A stretch of DNA of 64,000 nt from Felis catus (Eukaryota): positions 115,384,001-115,448,000 of the forward strand of contig NC_058373.1 of assembly GCF_018350175.1 (NCBI RefSeq). Reading direction: 5' to 3'. Made by a program: the position numbers and the translations under genes. Under the pieces are notes generated by a model. The model was given only the letters and a program-made list of their open reading frames with translations, was not told where the DNA came from and ran no database searches. How positions within the stretch are numbered: position 1 is the first letter of the stretch; each line of letters opens with the position of its first letter. Of the stretch, positions 51,066-63,685 are shown one piece after another.

Positions 51066-51409
51066 TGTAATGTTATTTCTATGTGAAAAAATATTTTCTG
51101 TTTCCCATCTTTGATTCCATGTTCCAGGAACAGTCTTCCTTGATAAAGCTTTATCTGGCACTAACACTTTTCTCACTTGTACTTGTTCTAATCACTACTC
51201 CCCACACGAACACACACATATACATGCTTTTTTATTTCCTGAGGTCATTTTTTTTTTTTTTTTTTGGCCTTGAGGGGCCTGGGGAGCTGTAATTTTTTTT
51301 TTTTTTTGATAATGCTTTGTTTTGAAGTTGGAAGTGCAAATAAAACATTCTGTGCTCCCCTTGTCTTACCGTTAGATTTCCTGCAACTTCGGGAACTACA
51401 AATTATTCC

Positions 51410-52998
51410 CTAAGTGCCTGGGCCCAGCTGTGAAGCAGGTGTGAGTGTTCATTTTTAGCTCCTCCTCCTCCCCGCCCCCATCATGCAGAACTACCATTCC
51501 TGAAGTCACCCCTGCAGGCCTGCGCTGTGTGACTGGCTTGACCTGGAAGCACCCAGGTTTACCACCTGGGCCCTCTTCTTCCAGGTCCCCAGCGCGTACG
51601 GAAGGGATTGATGGTCTGCTGACCCTGGTGATTGAACATCGGCAGGGCTGGAGTGCTAAGCATTGTCATGGGGGAAGGGCTTGTCCTGTCTTTGTTGACT
51701 CTAGAAGCTATGTCGTTTTGTCTTCGTGTGGAACTGTGTTACCTAGAGCGATCATGTGGGTCTCGGCTCAGTGCAGAGGCCTCTCTAGGTAAAGTACTGA
51801 AACCTTGGCTGCTTCCATAAGCTCGAGTGTTCTGAGCTTCTCTAGCCATAAATGGCTCCTTTGGAAGCCCCCAAACAAAGCCAGTTCTGTATGTTTTAGT
51901 GGATGGTGGCTTGCTCTAGGCTTCCTAAGCCTCCTATAGCGTGTACAATGCCAACTTCTCTTTTTTCTTTTTTCTTTTTTTTTTTTAAAGCAGTTACACT
52001 GTTAAAAAAAATCAAGCCCATCCTTTATGTATAAATGGCATAATGGTAAATAGACCCACTGTTGGTCAAGTTTTTGCTTTTCTTTTTTCCTTTTGGGTAA
52101 ATACTCAATAACCATATTATTATTGTTATAATTTGAACGTCTACTGTGCCAACGGCATCTTATTCCTTGCTTTACGTGTGTTTTTCATGGCATTGCTTTT
52201 GTTCCAAACAACCAGATGTTGCATGTGAAAGTTTACATGAAAGTGCCCACGAGTTAGCACATAATTGCTCTTAGGCAAATGTTAGTTTTCTTCCTCTTTA
52301 GGTATCGGTTTGCTCAACTCTAAAATGGGAGAACTAGTTGAGCTATTTCAGAGGTTGGCAAACTGTGACCTGTGGGCTGGCCACCTGGTTTTGTTCTTTA
52401 AAATAACAGCTTTCTTGAGATATAATTCACATTCCATAACATTTATTCTTTCAAGTGCACAGTTCGGTGGCTTTTAGCATTCACGGGGTTGTGCAGTCAC
52501 CTTCACACCGTAATGCCAGGACACTGTCATCACCTAAGAACAAATCCTGTACCCGCTGGTACCGTGAAAGTGAAGTTTTACTTTTGTAAATGATGGTAAG
52601 GACAGGGCCTGATCCTTCCAGGTGCAGGAAGGACTTGTCTAGCAAGTGGCTCATCTACTCGCTCATACACGGTGGGAGCCAATGCTCTCCTCTTTTCAAT
52701 GAGGGCAGGGCAATGTGGGTGGATGGAGCCTGCTTTACGCTCGAACACTGTATCTATCCACTGTGTTCTGTGAGGACTCGCCTGCCCAACCACTGCTCTG
52801 TCCTCCTCTTCAATGCTGAATGGCCACCTAGCATCCTCTCCCAGATTGTCTGGCATCGTTTGCTTTGCAAGCTAGTCTCACAACTCAGGCCTGCAGAGGT
52901 GACTTCAGGAAGCACAGTTCTGTAATGGGAGGATGGGGGGGAGGGAGAGCTAAAAAGGAACATCCAGACTGCTTAATAGCTCAAGCCCAGGCACTTAG
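51410..52998. repeat. Diverged 131-bp inverted repeat (arms 51410-51540 and 52868-52998; spacer about 1.33 kb)
   Basis: Shared blocks in order: ctaagtgcctgggc, aagcag, tgttc, tttttagctc, cagaact, ttcctgaagtcacc, ctgcaggcctg, gcttg. Roughly 75-80% identity by eye. Confidence 0.92.
52395..52555 (-). mobile_element. L1MB-type 3' end fragment, next to a MER58-like stub at about 52348-52394
   Basis: aacagctttcttgagatataattcacattccataacattt...aagtgcacagttcggtggcttttagca. Confidence 0.7.
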
Positions 52999-53384
52999 AA
53001 AGAGAAGGAGAGGGTGATTGAAGCCCCCCATCTCTGAGCCTCACTTTTCCCACAGGCAGCAGGAAGGCTAGAGGAGCAGGCCTCTATCCTCCCCTTCTTC
53101 CCAAGTATACCCCCTCTTGCACCTTTGATTTCTGTGGTAGACAGATGGAGGGTCGGACTCACCAGGGGCCATGGGGAGCTCAGACGCCCAGCTGGGAGCA
53201 CCCAGACCCCGTACGCTTGCCCGGGTCACACAGCTTGCAAGTGTAGAGTCAGGATTCAGACCCAAACAGCCTGGCTTCAGCACTTGGTCCTAACCACTGC
53301 TCTCTACTGCCTCTGTAAAGGACATTGCCATCTTTTAAAGTGATGTTGCCTAACTGCAGGTTAGGCAGGGTGACCGAGGTGAGT

Positions 53385-53800
53385 AAGGTCGGGAAATTAT
53401 GTCACATGAGGAATACTCAAAGGAGCCAGACATGTTTGGTTTGCACATGAGAAGAACCAACAGATGGGGGAAGAGGGATGACCAAAGCAGTACAGAGAAC
53501 CGACTTCACACCTTTGTGGACCACAATAAGCTTTACTGAATAGTGCCACAGAGCTGACCCAGGATCACTGAGTAAAATCTATAGTGACTCAGATTCTGAC
53601 TCAAAATAGGGAAGAAGCTTTTTCAAGTAGAGCAATCCACCAATGGAATGTCTGACTCAAAGAGAACTTACCTTCTCATGCTGGGGACTGAATGGGCACC
53701 CAGCAGGGGTGCTCTTGGTGAGGGGATAGAGTGCTACTGCCCTGGGAGGGAGGTTCAACTGATGGCCTCTGGGAGGTGACCTCTACACCTTTGGATTTTG
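53385..53800 (+). mobile_element. CR1/L3 LINE 3' fragment
   Basis: tgtcacatgaggaa...cagattctgactcaaaatagggaagaagcttt...caatggaatg...gggagggaggttcaactgatggcctct resembles L3. Confidence 0.55.
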
Positions 53801-54288
53801 CAAGACACTAGGTAAAGTTCAATCCGGGGTGGGGGGTGGGGGGAAGTCACAAGTTGGCCTACAGCAAACACTTATTAAGGAAGCTTTCAGGCAGGGCCAT
53901 GAACACATGCCCATCTGGGGCCATTGCCACTCCACTGTGGGCGCACACCACAAGCCAGGAGGTGACCTGCGGGTCAGTCAACTAAGCTTTTCTACAAAAT
54001 TTAAGGGGTGGGATTTTTTTTTTTTTTTTCATCATAGTAGGGGAAGGTGATAAATAAGAACACGAGAGGGAGATATGGAGACAGAAAAGTTTCATTAAAA
54101 GTGAAGTCAGCTGCGGTCGGTAGCAAGGAAGAGGTCCACTCCAGCCGGCCACCTTTGTCCCGCCCTCTTCCTGCCCCCGTCCTGCCCCACCTCGCCCCGC
54201 CCACCCATCTTGCCCACGCTCATCAGCGCCTCAGCAATCCTCAGCTAGCCTCGCCCCGCCCCCATCCCCGCCCCCATCCCCACCCCCT

Positions 54289-54332
54289 CCCGCCCTCAGC
54301 CCGCCCTCAGCCCGCCCTCAGCCCGCCCTCAG
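54289..54332. repeat. Perfect 11-bp tandem repeat (cccgccctcag)x4 in a C-rich tract
   Basis: Units start at 54289, 54300, 54311 and 54322. Confidence 0.95.
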
Positions 54333-55689
54333 CCCTCCGCTGGCCAGATTTTCACTCTTCTGCTCTGAATAAAGCTCCAATCCCTGTGGGGCTTTATTAT
54401 TGTACATTTTCTTTTTTAAACAAAACAGTATATGTGAGTCAACTATACTGAAATAAAAGTTTAAAAAAAGAAAGAAAGCATCTTTGATAGTTTCCCCCAA
54501 ATGGAAACAAAAGCGAGTAAACAAGAGGTGACATACTTGGTGTTCACCAAGCCTGGGCTATTCTAGGCACCAAACAGAGGGAATGGAGAAAATAAAGTTC
54601 TTTGGATCCCTGAAGTTCTAATACTCAGGTTTTTTAAACATCCCTTATGTGTATGCTGAGGGGATGGTGTTTAAGCATTTTGAAAAATACAAAAAATATG
54701 TGCCATATATTTGGAGGAGTAGTCTTAACTGCTAAGTAGGTACTAGTTTATAGATTTTCACCTTACTCCTACGCAGCGAAAGTTCAATTTGGAGCAAGGT
54801 TGTAGAATCACAGAACTTTTGGGTCAAAGGAAACCTCACAAGTATCTAGTTCATCTTCTCCTTCCTCTCCCTACCCTGTCTCAATCCAGGGCTCAAGACC
54901 CAGTCACCTACCTTCTGCTTGATTGCCACCAGAGACAGGAAGCTTATTACCACCAAAGACAACATACCTAATGCATTTCGGGGCAATTTATTTGGAAAGT
55001 CCTTCTCTACACTGACGGTAGAGCTATAATTTGCAACAGATGACCCCTGCTCTAGCTATAGGACTCGCTGAACCCACAGAAATCTCACGCTCCACAGAAA
55101 GATTTGAAGACAGACACCATTAAGTCCTTGTGAAATTCTTTCTTTTAGCCAACAAATATTTCTTTTTGCCCTGGCAGAAGTCCTTAGTTCTATCAGTCAT
55201 TCCTATATAATGGGGATTTATGTCTCTCTTTCCTTGGGATTCAATTTGCCAAGGTCCCTCTTAGATAGAGTGTCCTTCCCAAGACCAGACACGGTATTTC
55301 AGATATGGACGTAAATAGCCCAGGAATGAATGGCTCTGTCTCTCATTCTAAACACACCACTTCTAACAAATATGCTGGTAGCTCTGTTACATGAACAACA
55401 CATAGAAACCAGAGTCAACAAAGACTCCCATATTTAGGAGTATTTAAAATTGAAAGGTTATCTTCCTTCCCTGCATGCCCCCCCCCCCCGCCTTTAAACT
55501 CTGGAGGAGGATGTAAATACTCTAAAAGGAAAATCCCTCATTCCCCAACATACTGTCTTCCCTAACCTGGCATAAGGTAAGAGACAGCCCCAAAGAAGAG
55601 CAGAACCTTGAAGCTCTGACCCCATCCTCTGTGCAAAGGGAAGGGGAAAAAGACAAAACCAGCGGTGCTGAGCACAAACTACTCCCTAC

Positions 55690-55880
55690 ACCGTTTTAGA
55701 TGCTTTATATATCTTGTCTCAGTTTGTCTTCTCAGTAACCTTCAAGGTGGGAGCCCTTAGCCCTGTATCATAGAGAGGCTCAGAGAAGTTAAGTGACTTT
55801 GCCAGAGTCACACAGCTTTTGGCAGAGTTTGGTATTTAAACCCAGGTCATTTTGACTCCAAAGCCATGTTTTTCCTTCTG
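55690..55880 (-). mobile_element. MIR SINE
   Basis: gaggctcagagaagttaagtgactttgccagagtcacacagc...atttaaacccaggtc. Confidence 0.8.
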
Positions 55881-56259
55881 CATCTTGTTCCTTCTGAGCC
55901 AAACCTGACTAAAGAGGAGGGGGACGCTTGTGGGATAAGCTTTTCCAAACTGAGGAAAGAACAGCTCATGCTAGCCAGACTGAAAGAATTATACCATCCC
56001 TTCCCTCTTCCCTCTTTCTTCTCACTGCAATCAAACTCTCTTCCATGTGTGAAATCACCCAGACAATTTAATGCTGCAATCACTAAATCCATGAATTAAA
56101 AGACCACATGTCGTCAAAACAACTGGAACATAAAAACTTTGGAGAGAAGTATGGTCATAGGGCTCCTCGTTCCCAAATTCCCACCTAGAAAAGTACTTGT
56201 TTCTTGAGCATTTAATGATAAATGCCAGAAAGGGTGGGGTGGGAGAAGTTTCCTTTCAA

Positions 56260-56426
56260 TCAGTGGCTCTTGAACTGTGGTTCCTGGACTAGCGGTCGGA
56301 CCGCCTGGGAATTTGTTAGAAATGCAGATTCCCCAGCTGACCCCAGACCTAATGAATCCAGAAACTCTGTGGGTGGGGTCCAGCCAGTTTGTTTTATAAG
56401 TCCTCCAGGTGCTCTAATGCACACCC
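56260..56426. mobile_element. MER5A-like hAT-Charlie element
   Basis: cctgggaatttgttagaaatgcagattccc...cagacctaatgaatccagaaactctgtgggtggggtccagc. Confidence 0.8.
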
Positions 56427-57239
56427 AATAAACAATGTTCTCCTGCAGCTTCTGATGGAGAGAGATGTTCTAGGAGAACACGTGGTGGTCTCAGATGGCC
56501 TGGGGACTCATTCTTTCAGCCAGGGCCCGTGGCGCCCATGGAGAAACACAGCTTCTCAGAGGTCCTATAGAGGATGCGGACAAAAGGAAAGTGGGGCAGC
56601 TGGAAATCCTGCCCTGAAACAAAGTTATCAGTCGGACCAATAGCACGATGCTTAACTTTCACTGTGCATTAACTTAATCCAGAGAACCTGCTAACTGATT
56701 TGGAGCAACTGGCAGATAAGGAAGAAAAAAAAAAAATGTCTCGTACTCCCACTGCCAAAAGAATTAGACAGATATCTACATGCCTTCTGCTTTTAGTTTC
56801 ATTTTTTTGCCCCCGCTGGGAAATGTTCGTGTACATGATAGTAGTCATCTCATGACAAGTTTGGGAGTTGCTACTAACAATGCTGGATCAAGCCTGTCCC
56901 TTTGCATATGGCTCACATTTTCTAGTTCACAAATGAGGCACAAAGAAAGGGGGGAAATGAAGCGACGGGGTGGGAAGGTGCTGTGCCTTGGAGGGGATCC
57001 CAGCTGTCAGTGAAGGTCCGAGGCAATTCAAGATGGATTTCTTCGCAGATAGAGAGCTGGAGAAAGCGTTACAAAAAAGGTGGTGGGGGGGGGGGGGGGC
57101 GGGGGGGTTGCCGGAGGGAAATCATTTCAGGGAAGATTGAGCTAAAATGAGAACCTGACACTGGGCTGGAAGCAAGTCGGACTGGGAAAAGCAAGGAAAC
57201 ACAGCAAGGCCTTGCACCTCATTACATTGCCTTGTTCTG

Positions 57240-57500
57240 AAAGCATGTTTCAGAGAACGCTAGTGCCACGAAACGCTCCCCACTCGAAATCGAGGGAGGG
57301 TCCTCCAGTTAAATAAGTTTAGGAATTGCAGCCAACGACATCTTCCTGTTAGAGCTAACTCATCATCATTCGACTTAAGACTCTGAGAAGTGGTGCAGTC
57401 AAGAAATCTTTTAATTTTATTCAACCCAGTATTTCCAAAATTATTTGGCTAGAGAACCCCTTCATCCCCAATAATTGCTCGTCACACCCCATAGAACACC
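57240..57500. mobile_element. MER103-like hAT relic
   Basis: ctctgagaagtggtgcagtcaagaaatc...aacccagtatttccaaaattatttgg. Confidence 0.6.
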
Positions 57501-58685
57501 GGTGGTATTCAGGACTGTATCAGAGAGGCAGGAGTTAGAAGCAGGTGGACGTGTGCAGGGGAGACTGGCGTGGACTGTTTGGGTGACAGCTGGGGGCCCT
57601 GGGTAGCAAGGAGAGCAAAGTCCAACAACAGAGAAGCTGCTCTGGGACGTGAGGTCCCACCCCTGTCAGAAGCCCCCCAAGAACAGCCAGAGGCAAGCAG
57701 GCCAGCCAATGGGGTGCAGCAGAGGCCCCCGTGCTGTCACCCAACCCACTCCCGAGACAGCCTCTCACTGAAGCTGGAGCAAGAGACTCTTCCGGCCACC
57801 TCCTTGATTTGAATATGTATCCCATCTCCCTCTCCTCTTTCCCCAAAAGAGTTCCATATGCCAGAGAATTACAGGGCACAAAGAGACCCTGCCAGTTCCC
57901 TCAGATGCCAGCACAAGGAGTCACGTCTTTCTCCTTCTCCCTTCCAGGTCTGGGGGACTGCCAGCTGCTGGGACTAGGTGCTGCAATCATGCCACCTCTC
58001 TGTCTCTGGACCTGTTTCCTCCTCTGTGAAATGTTTGGGTTACACTGGTGATCATTAAGATTTTCCTTTTTTTCCAGCTCTCTCAATTCTGAAATTTTAT
58101 GACAGTTGGGAGCCAGGGCTCCAGATTCTTGTGCTGTTAAGAACTAGCTGCGACATTTGAACAAATAACTTCTGCTTTGTGTGCCTCTCCTATAAAGGAT
58201 TGGCACACAGGGTGACCCTGACGCCCCAGTGAGATATGCATAGATCATCGGTGGTGAGTGAGGAGCCCCCGTAAAGCTGAAGTGGTGTTTTCCATTTGGG
58301 GCATGGCGGCAGTGGGTGATAGTTGTCTATGTGTGTAGTCTGTTAGTCTCCTTTGTTTTTCTCACTGCTGTCCTTGCCTTCAGTCCCCTGTCTGCTTTGT
58401 CCTGTGAGCTGGTATTCGCTTTGCTCCTCTGTACTCCTCAGTCACTCAAATGCATTTGTTGAGCGTGCTAGCCTCCCACGTTCTTCCAGATGTCCAGGAG
58501 TTGGGCTAATGTTGAAGACTAACAGGCTTAAAATAATTTCACATTTGTCTTAATTTAGACAGAGGTTGACCTGAAATATACCATTGGGCTGTTTATGCAA
58601 AGGGCCTCTTGCCAAAAATATTTAAGTATATGAGTCAGAGATGAAATTTGCTTACCTAAAACACACTGTTTTAAAGTACCTTTAG

Positions 58686-59367
58686 TGATTTTTCTGCCTG
58701 GATGATGTATCCACTGATGCAAGTGAGATTAGTTAAAGTCCCCTACTATTATTATACTACCATCAATTTCTCTCTTTATGTCCATTAATATTTGCTTTAT
58801 GTATTTAGATGCTCTAGTGTTGGGTGCATACATATTTGCCGTTGTTCTATCTTCTTGTATTAATCTCTTTATCATTATGTAATGTCCTTCTTTGTCTCTT
58901 GTGATAGTCTTCGTGCTAAAGTCTATTTTGTCTGATATTAGTATTGCTACCCTGGCTTCTTTTTTCACTCCCATTTGCATGGTAAATATTTTTCTGTCCC
59001 CTCACTTTCAGTCTTATATGTGTCTTTAGGTCTGAGATGAGTCTCTTATAGGCAGCATTTAGATGGGTTTTGTGTTTTTTTAACCCATTCCACCACTCTG
59101 TGTCTTTTGATTAGAGCATTTAGGCCATTTACATTTAAAATAATCATTGATAGGTATGTATTTATTGACATTTTGTTGATTGTTTTCTTGTTCTTCTCTG
59201 TTCCTTTCTTACTCTTTTGCTCTCTTTCTTTGTGATTGATGAGTTTCTGTGGTGTTCTGTTTGGCTTTCTTTCTCTTCATTTTTTGTGTATCAATTATAG
59301 GTTTTGGGTTTGTGGTTACTGTGAAGTTCATATACAGTATCCTTGGTGTATAAAAGCCTATATTAAG
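58686..59367 (-). mobile_element. Isolated internal L1 fragment (inter-ORF spacer + ORF2 endonuclease N-terminus)
   Basis: ORF 58729-58980 KEARVAILISDKIDF...RDKEGHYIMIK...NMYAPN...IIVGDFN is the L1 EN domain; homologous to about 46140-46830. Confidence 0.9.
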
Positions 59368-59996
59368 TATGTCAGTTACATTGAACAGTATAGTTAAGCA
59401 GTGAGTAGCCTCACTTAGGTTGATGTACACTTTGTGTCTCTGAGGGAAGACCCATCAATTAATATTTCAGCTTTCCCAGGATGCTCCAGAGTGGAATAGG
59501 AGCAAATCCCATGGTTTGTTATCAATACCATTGGGCCTGGAACAACCACGAGCTTTGAAACCTGCGTAGGGAGATACTGGAAGTAGCTAATCACCTTTTC
59601 AATTCCTCTTGGCCCCGGATTTTCCCATAAATTAAGTATGAGAGTTGATTAATTTGAGGCTGGGGTGGGGGGAGTTGAAACAAAGGGGATTGACCTATTA
59701 ACTTAAAGCTTTAAGTTTTCAAGGGAGGAAGCCAAACTAAGTAGAATTTACATGTTGATTGTGTGTATATAAACCATCAATTCCACAGAATTTACAGCCT
59801 GGTTGCTTTTCTGCAGGAAGTTGTACTTCTCTCCTCTGAGGCTGATTGAACTGTTCCTATATGAAAAAAGAATTTCCCTTCTCCCACTAAAACTTTCTCA
59901 AACTTTTTGCTGACTTTAAACTACCTCTTCCCCCTGGGACTGGTCAGACTAGGATGTTCTTTGGTTTCCGTCAGAGAAACTGGCTGTGCCCTTTTT

Positions 59997-60215
59997 TGAA
60001 AAAATTTTTTTTAACGTTTATTTATTTTTGAGACAGAGAGAGACAGAGCATGAACGGGGGAGGGGCAGAGAGAGAGGGAGACACAGAATCCGAAGCAGGC
60101 CCCAGGCTCTGAGCTGTCAGCACAGAGCCCGACACGGGGCTCGAACTCACAGACCACGAGATCATGACCTGAGCCCAAGTCGGACGCTTAACCAACTGAG
60201 CCACCCAGGCGCCCC
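59997..60215 (-). mobile_element. CAN-SINE (SINEC_Fc-like)
   Basis: Degenerate TSD gctg(t/g)gccctttt on both sides; near-consensus body. Confidence 0.94.
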
Positions 60216-62344
60216 TAGCTGGGCCCTTTTTGAGTGTACAGATAGTTTGGTGAAAAATAACACGATGATAATAAAAATAAATCACTAAGCTTCGCTGGGC
60301 ACTTACCATGTGAGCTCAGTGCTTTATTTACATTTTCTAATTTAATTCTCGCAACCACCGAGTGAGGTAAGTACAATGGTCTCCGGTTTATAAGTAGCCA
60401 CGGGCAGTCTGAGGCTTGGTTTGATGAAGAGACGTACCCAGGCCGCAGAGGGTTGGAAAGAGAAGTGGTTAGCTTCCGTGGTGGAGCTGGTTAGTCAAGC
60501 TGGGCTACCGTCTGACTCCATGACCCATGCTTTCTGTCTCCCTGTAACTTCTTTTTCCTCAAGAAGACATCTTGAAAACTCCCCAGGACAACTCACAAGC
60601 AGCCCCTCGATGAAGAATCACGGATGAATAGCTTGGGGCTCCTTGAGCAAAGGGAGGTGACCTTGCTGGTCGCCTCCTGACTTCCAGCAGCCCGAGATCT
60701 CGCTCGGCTCCTCCGAGCGCCCGTTGCTGCGTGCCCCAGGCCTCAGAGGAGTGTGACAATAATTCCTTGTTCAAGTCCAGTGCTCGGGATTCAGCAGCAC
60801 CTCCCAACCTGAGGATTTTGTAATCTGGAGTCTATTCCCGGAGCCTGGTTTGAGGAAAATGCTGAGGGCCCTGAGGAAAAAGGGTCTGTGTTTGGGCCTG
60901 TGGGCCTGGCTGGGGGCTGGAAGGCAGCGTCCCCATGCCGGTAGGGATACAATGGGCGCACTCAGTGGGCGTGTGGCCCTGGGGACCTGCTTCAGCCCAG
61001 AGGTCAGATTATATCCCCTGAAACAAAGCGTTGGGTTTAGCCTCCTACTCATGCATTTCGTTAGCTCCTCAGTAGCTCTGGCTGGGACTCTGCATGCCCA
61101 GAAGGAGGGGGCTTTTATCCAGCCATTCTCCACGGCCTGGGCCTGCCTGACCACAGCATCCAGCCCCGGCAGGCAGCACTTGGCCAGAGGCGCGACTTCC
61201 AGTGTTGGACTTTGGCGACAGAGTCCTCGCAGAGAGGGAGGCCGGCCACGGCCAGGGGAACCGTGGGGCCTTGGAGTGAGTCAGTGTGGCCGCCCAGCCC
61301 TGGGGACTGGTTTCTCCACAGGTGATTATTGGCCAGGGAGGAGAAAGCAGCCAGCCAGGCTCCATTAAAATGCTGCCACGGGCAAGGAATCATCTAGGAA
61401 CTGTCCCCTGCAGGGCTGACAGAGTCTGGAGGGGTAAACTCCCAAGTCTCCAGCAGGGTTTCCCACCCAAGCCTCTGGAGGTTAGTTACTAAGGGAGCTC
61501 TGGCCCCAGAGGAGGCCGGCTTGCCAGGTGTTTCTGACACAGCTGAGAGCAATCATCACTGCAGCCACCTTGTATCCAGCCATCTCCCGTGCCAGGACTG
61601 GACTCACACTGTCTGTTTTCTTTGCCAGAGCCCTCCAGGCTTGGCGACGTTATCCCCATTTCATAAATGGGGCTCAAAGAGCTAAGTCACGTGCCTCATT
61701 TGTAACTGGCCAGACCCGGATGCAAACCCAGGAATGGGTTTCTCCTATTCCATCCTTAGCTTTCTCAGAAGGTAGCACTGACTCGACCCAAGATATTGAT
61801 CGGGGGGTTGAGCATCTAGGGCAGCAACCGCAGCCATGGAGTTTATGGATAGCTCCACGAGATGAAATGGGAGTGGAAAATGGCACTGGAGTACAGGCAC
61901 TGAGTGTAGTTTCTCTACGTGGGCAACCAAGGTGAGCGCCTCATTGATACACAGTCATCATACTGGTACGTCCTCCGTCTTGGTCTTACCCTGATTTCTG
62001 TGGGTAGGCCTGTAGCCAGACAACCGGTCTTGGGGACGACTACAGCGTTTGGTACACACACAAGAGCCGAAACCATTCCACGGTTTTCTGCCTTTCTCAC
62101 CCGGGCCATCGGATCTGTCTTCCGTGTAAACCCTCTCTGCTTCCCCAGTCAATGTGTATTTTATTACTGTCCATCCTTGATTCCAGTTATGCCCTTGATC
62201 CCCAGAGGCACTTTTTTCACATGTTAATGTCTTTGCAGTTGGCACCCATTCTGTCATTGAGGTCTACGTTTAAAGTAGTGGGGCTGTTTAAATTGCTGCT
62301 ACCTTTTTAGAACTGATGGGGACCAAGAACGGGGCCATATGATA

Positions 62345-62960
62345 ATTCAAGCATTTATTCAACTCATCAGATGCCTACATTATGCTAGATGCTTAGGAGA
62401 TAGAAATAACCAGCATGCAATCCCTTGCCTTAGGAAGGAAGGTCACAGTCTTGAGGGGGAGAGAAGGGCTCCTAATTTAAGGAGCCAGGGTGTATGGAGG
62501 ATCAGAGGAGAGAAGGTGGGGAGTCGGGGACCACTTGGCGGAGAAGGTGCATCGTGAAGAGGGTGGGAATACAAAGGGGCTAGGAGGCGGTGGGGATGGT
62601 TTGGGGAATGGTATTCTGGACCACTGACTAGTCGGAGCAGACAAATGTTGAGAATCATGAAATCCTGTGAGGCGTTTGCCGGCTTCAAAGGGTTTGCTGT
62701 GGTTCCAGTGGAGGGCACTTGTGGAGACATGGGTGTAAAATGAGGTCGCAGGGATAGGCAGGGGGCAGATCTTGGGGGACCTTGAGCTCCACACAAATGA
62801 GCTTAATCTCCATCCTGAATCCAATGGCAAATCACCGAGTGGTTTTCAGCCGGGGGGATGATGCCCTGATTTGTGTAGAGGAGCTCCGTGTTGGGAAACG
62901 GATGGGAAAGAGGATGGCGGGGTGGGGTGGGAGGAAATGGACAGAGTGACGGCTGTTGGA
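62345..62960 (-). mobile_element. L2 LINE 3' fragment
   Basis: ttattcaactcatcagatgcctacattatgctagatgc...cctgaatccaatggcaaatcaccgagtggttttcagccggggggatgatgccctgatttgtg resembles antisense L2. Confidence 0.6.
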
Positions 62961-63685
62961 AGAGAGAGAAAAGTCACCCTGAATGAAGCAAAAGCCTCAT
63001 TTTTATTTACTATTCCTAGACAGGGTGGGCCTGATTATGGAGGCTTGAGGTGGATCGCCCAGTGTTACAGCGGGGCCTCTAGAACCTGCAGGTGGAAGTG
63101 GCTTTGTTCTTACCTTAACCCCGTCATCTAGCGGGCAACTGCTAGTGACGTGCCACCCGATCAGTAGGCAGGCTGACTATATGAACGAACGGATGCTGGG
63201 AAAAGCTAGAAAAAGAAGAAGAGCTCACTACCTGTCGATGCCTGTTAAAGAAGAGTCCTTATCAGCCTGCAGCGGTGAATTTCCAACTTGCACTTGCCAA
63301 ATTAGCTCACCAGCCAGAATTGTTTACGAGTGGATGGGGCTGTATGCCAGTGCTCAGGGGGGAGAATGTGCAGGTCTTGGTGAGAACCATCACAGGGAGG
63401 ACGAAGTGGGTATATCTGGGTATGAGATAGGCTATTCATCATTCAAAGTCACGAGAAAGAAATAGGTAGGTTGTGTGGTTGTGCCTGGGAATTACACAGA
63501 AGACGCATAATCCATGTTGTTGGCCGACTGACCCACCCGCAATAGACAGTGGGGACAGAGGCTGGGTGAGAGGAGGAAAGAGCTCCTCTGCCACGGTGGC
63601 AACGCCTTGGAAGGGGTGGGAGATGACTGCTGATATGGCGACGCCAGACTTACGGTTCTCTTCCCCTCCCCGCTTCCCCGAACAG

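Larger units (their letters stand above)
34321..63685 (+). other. SMOC1: SMOC1 intron 3 (29,365 bp), about 11 kb of it nested L1/SINE sequence
   Basis: GT...AG between exons that join in frame (FTQ|VQC). Confidence 0.93.

Noticed and set aside
57079..57107. Long G homopolymer; also the purine tract at 38056-38120
   Set aside because: Simple low-complexity runs, prone to sequencing length error, with no further supporting structure.
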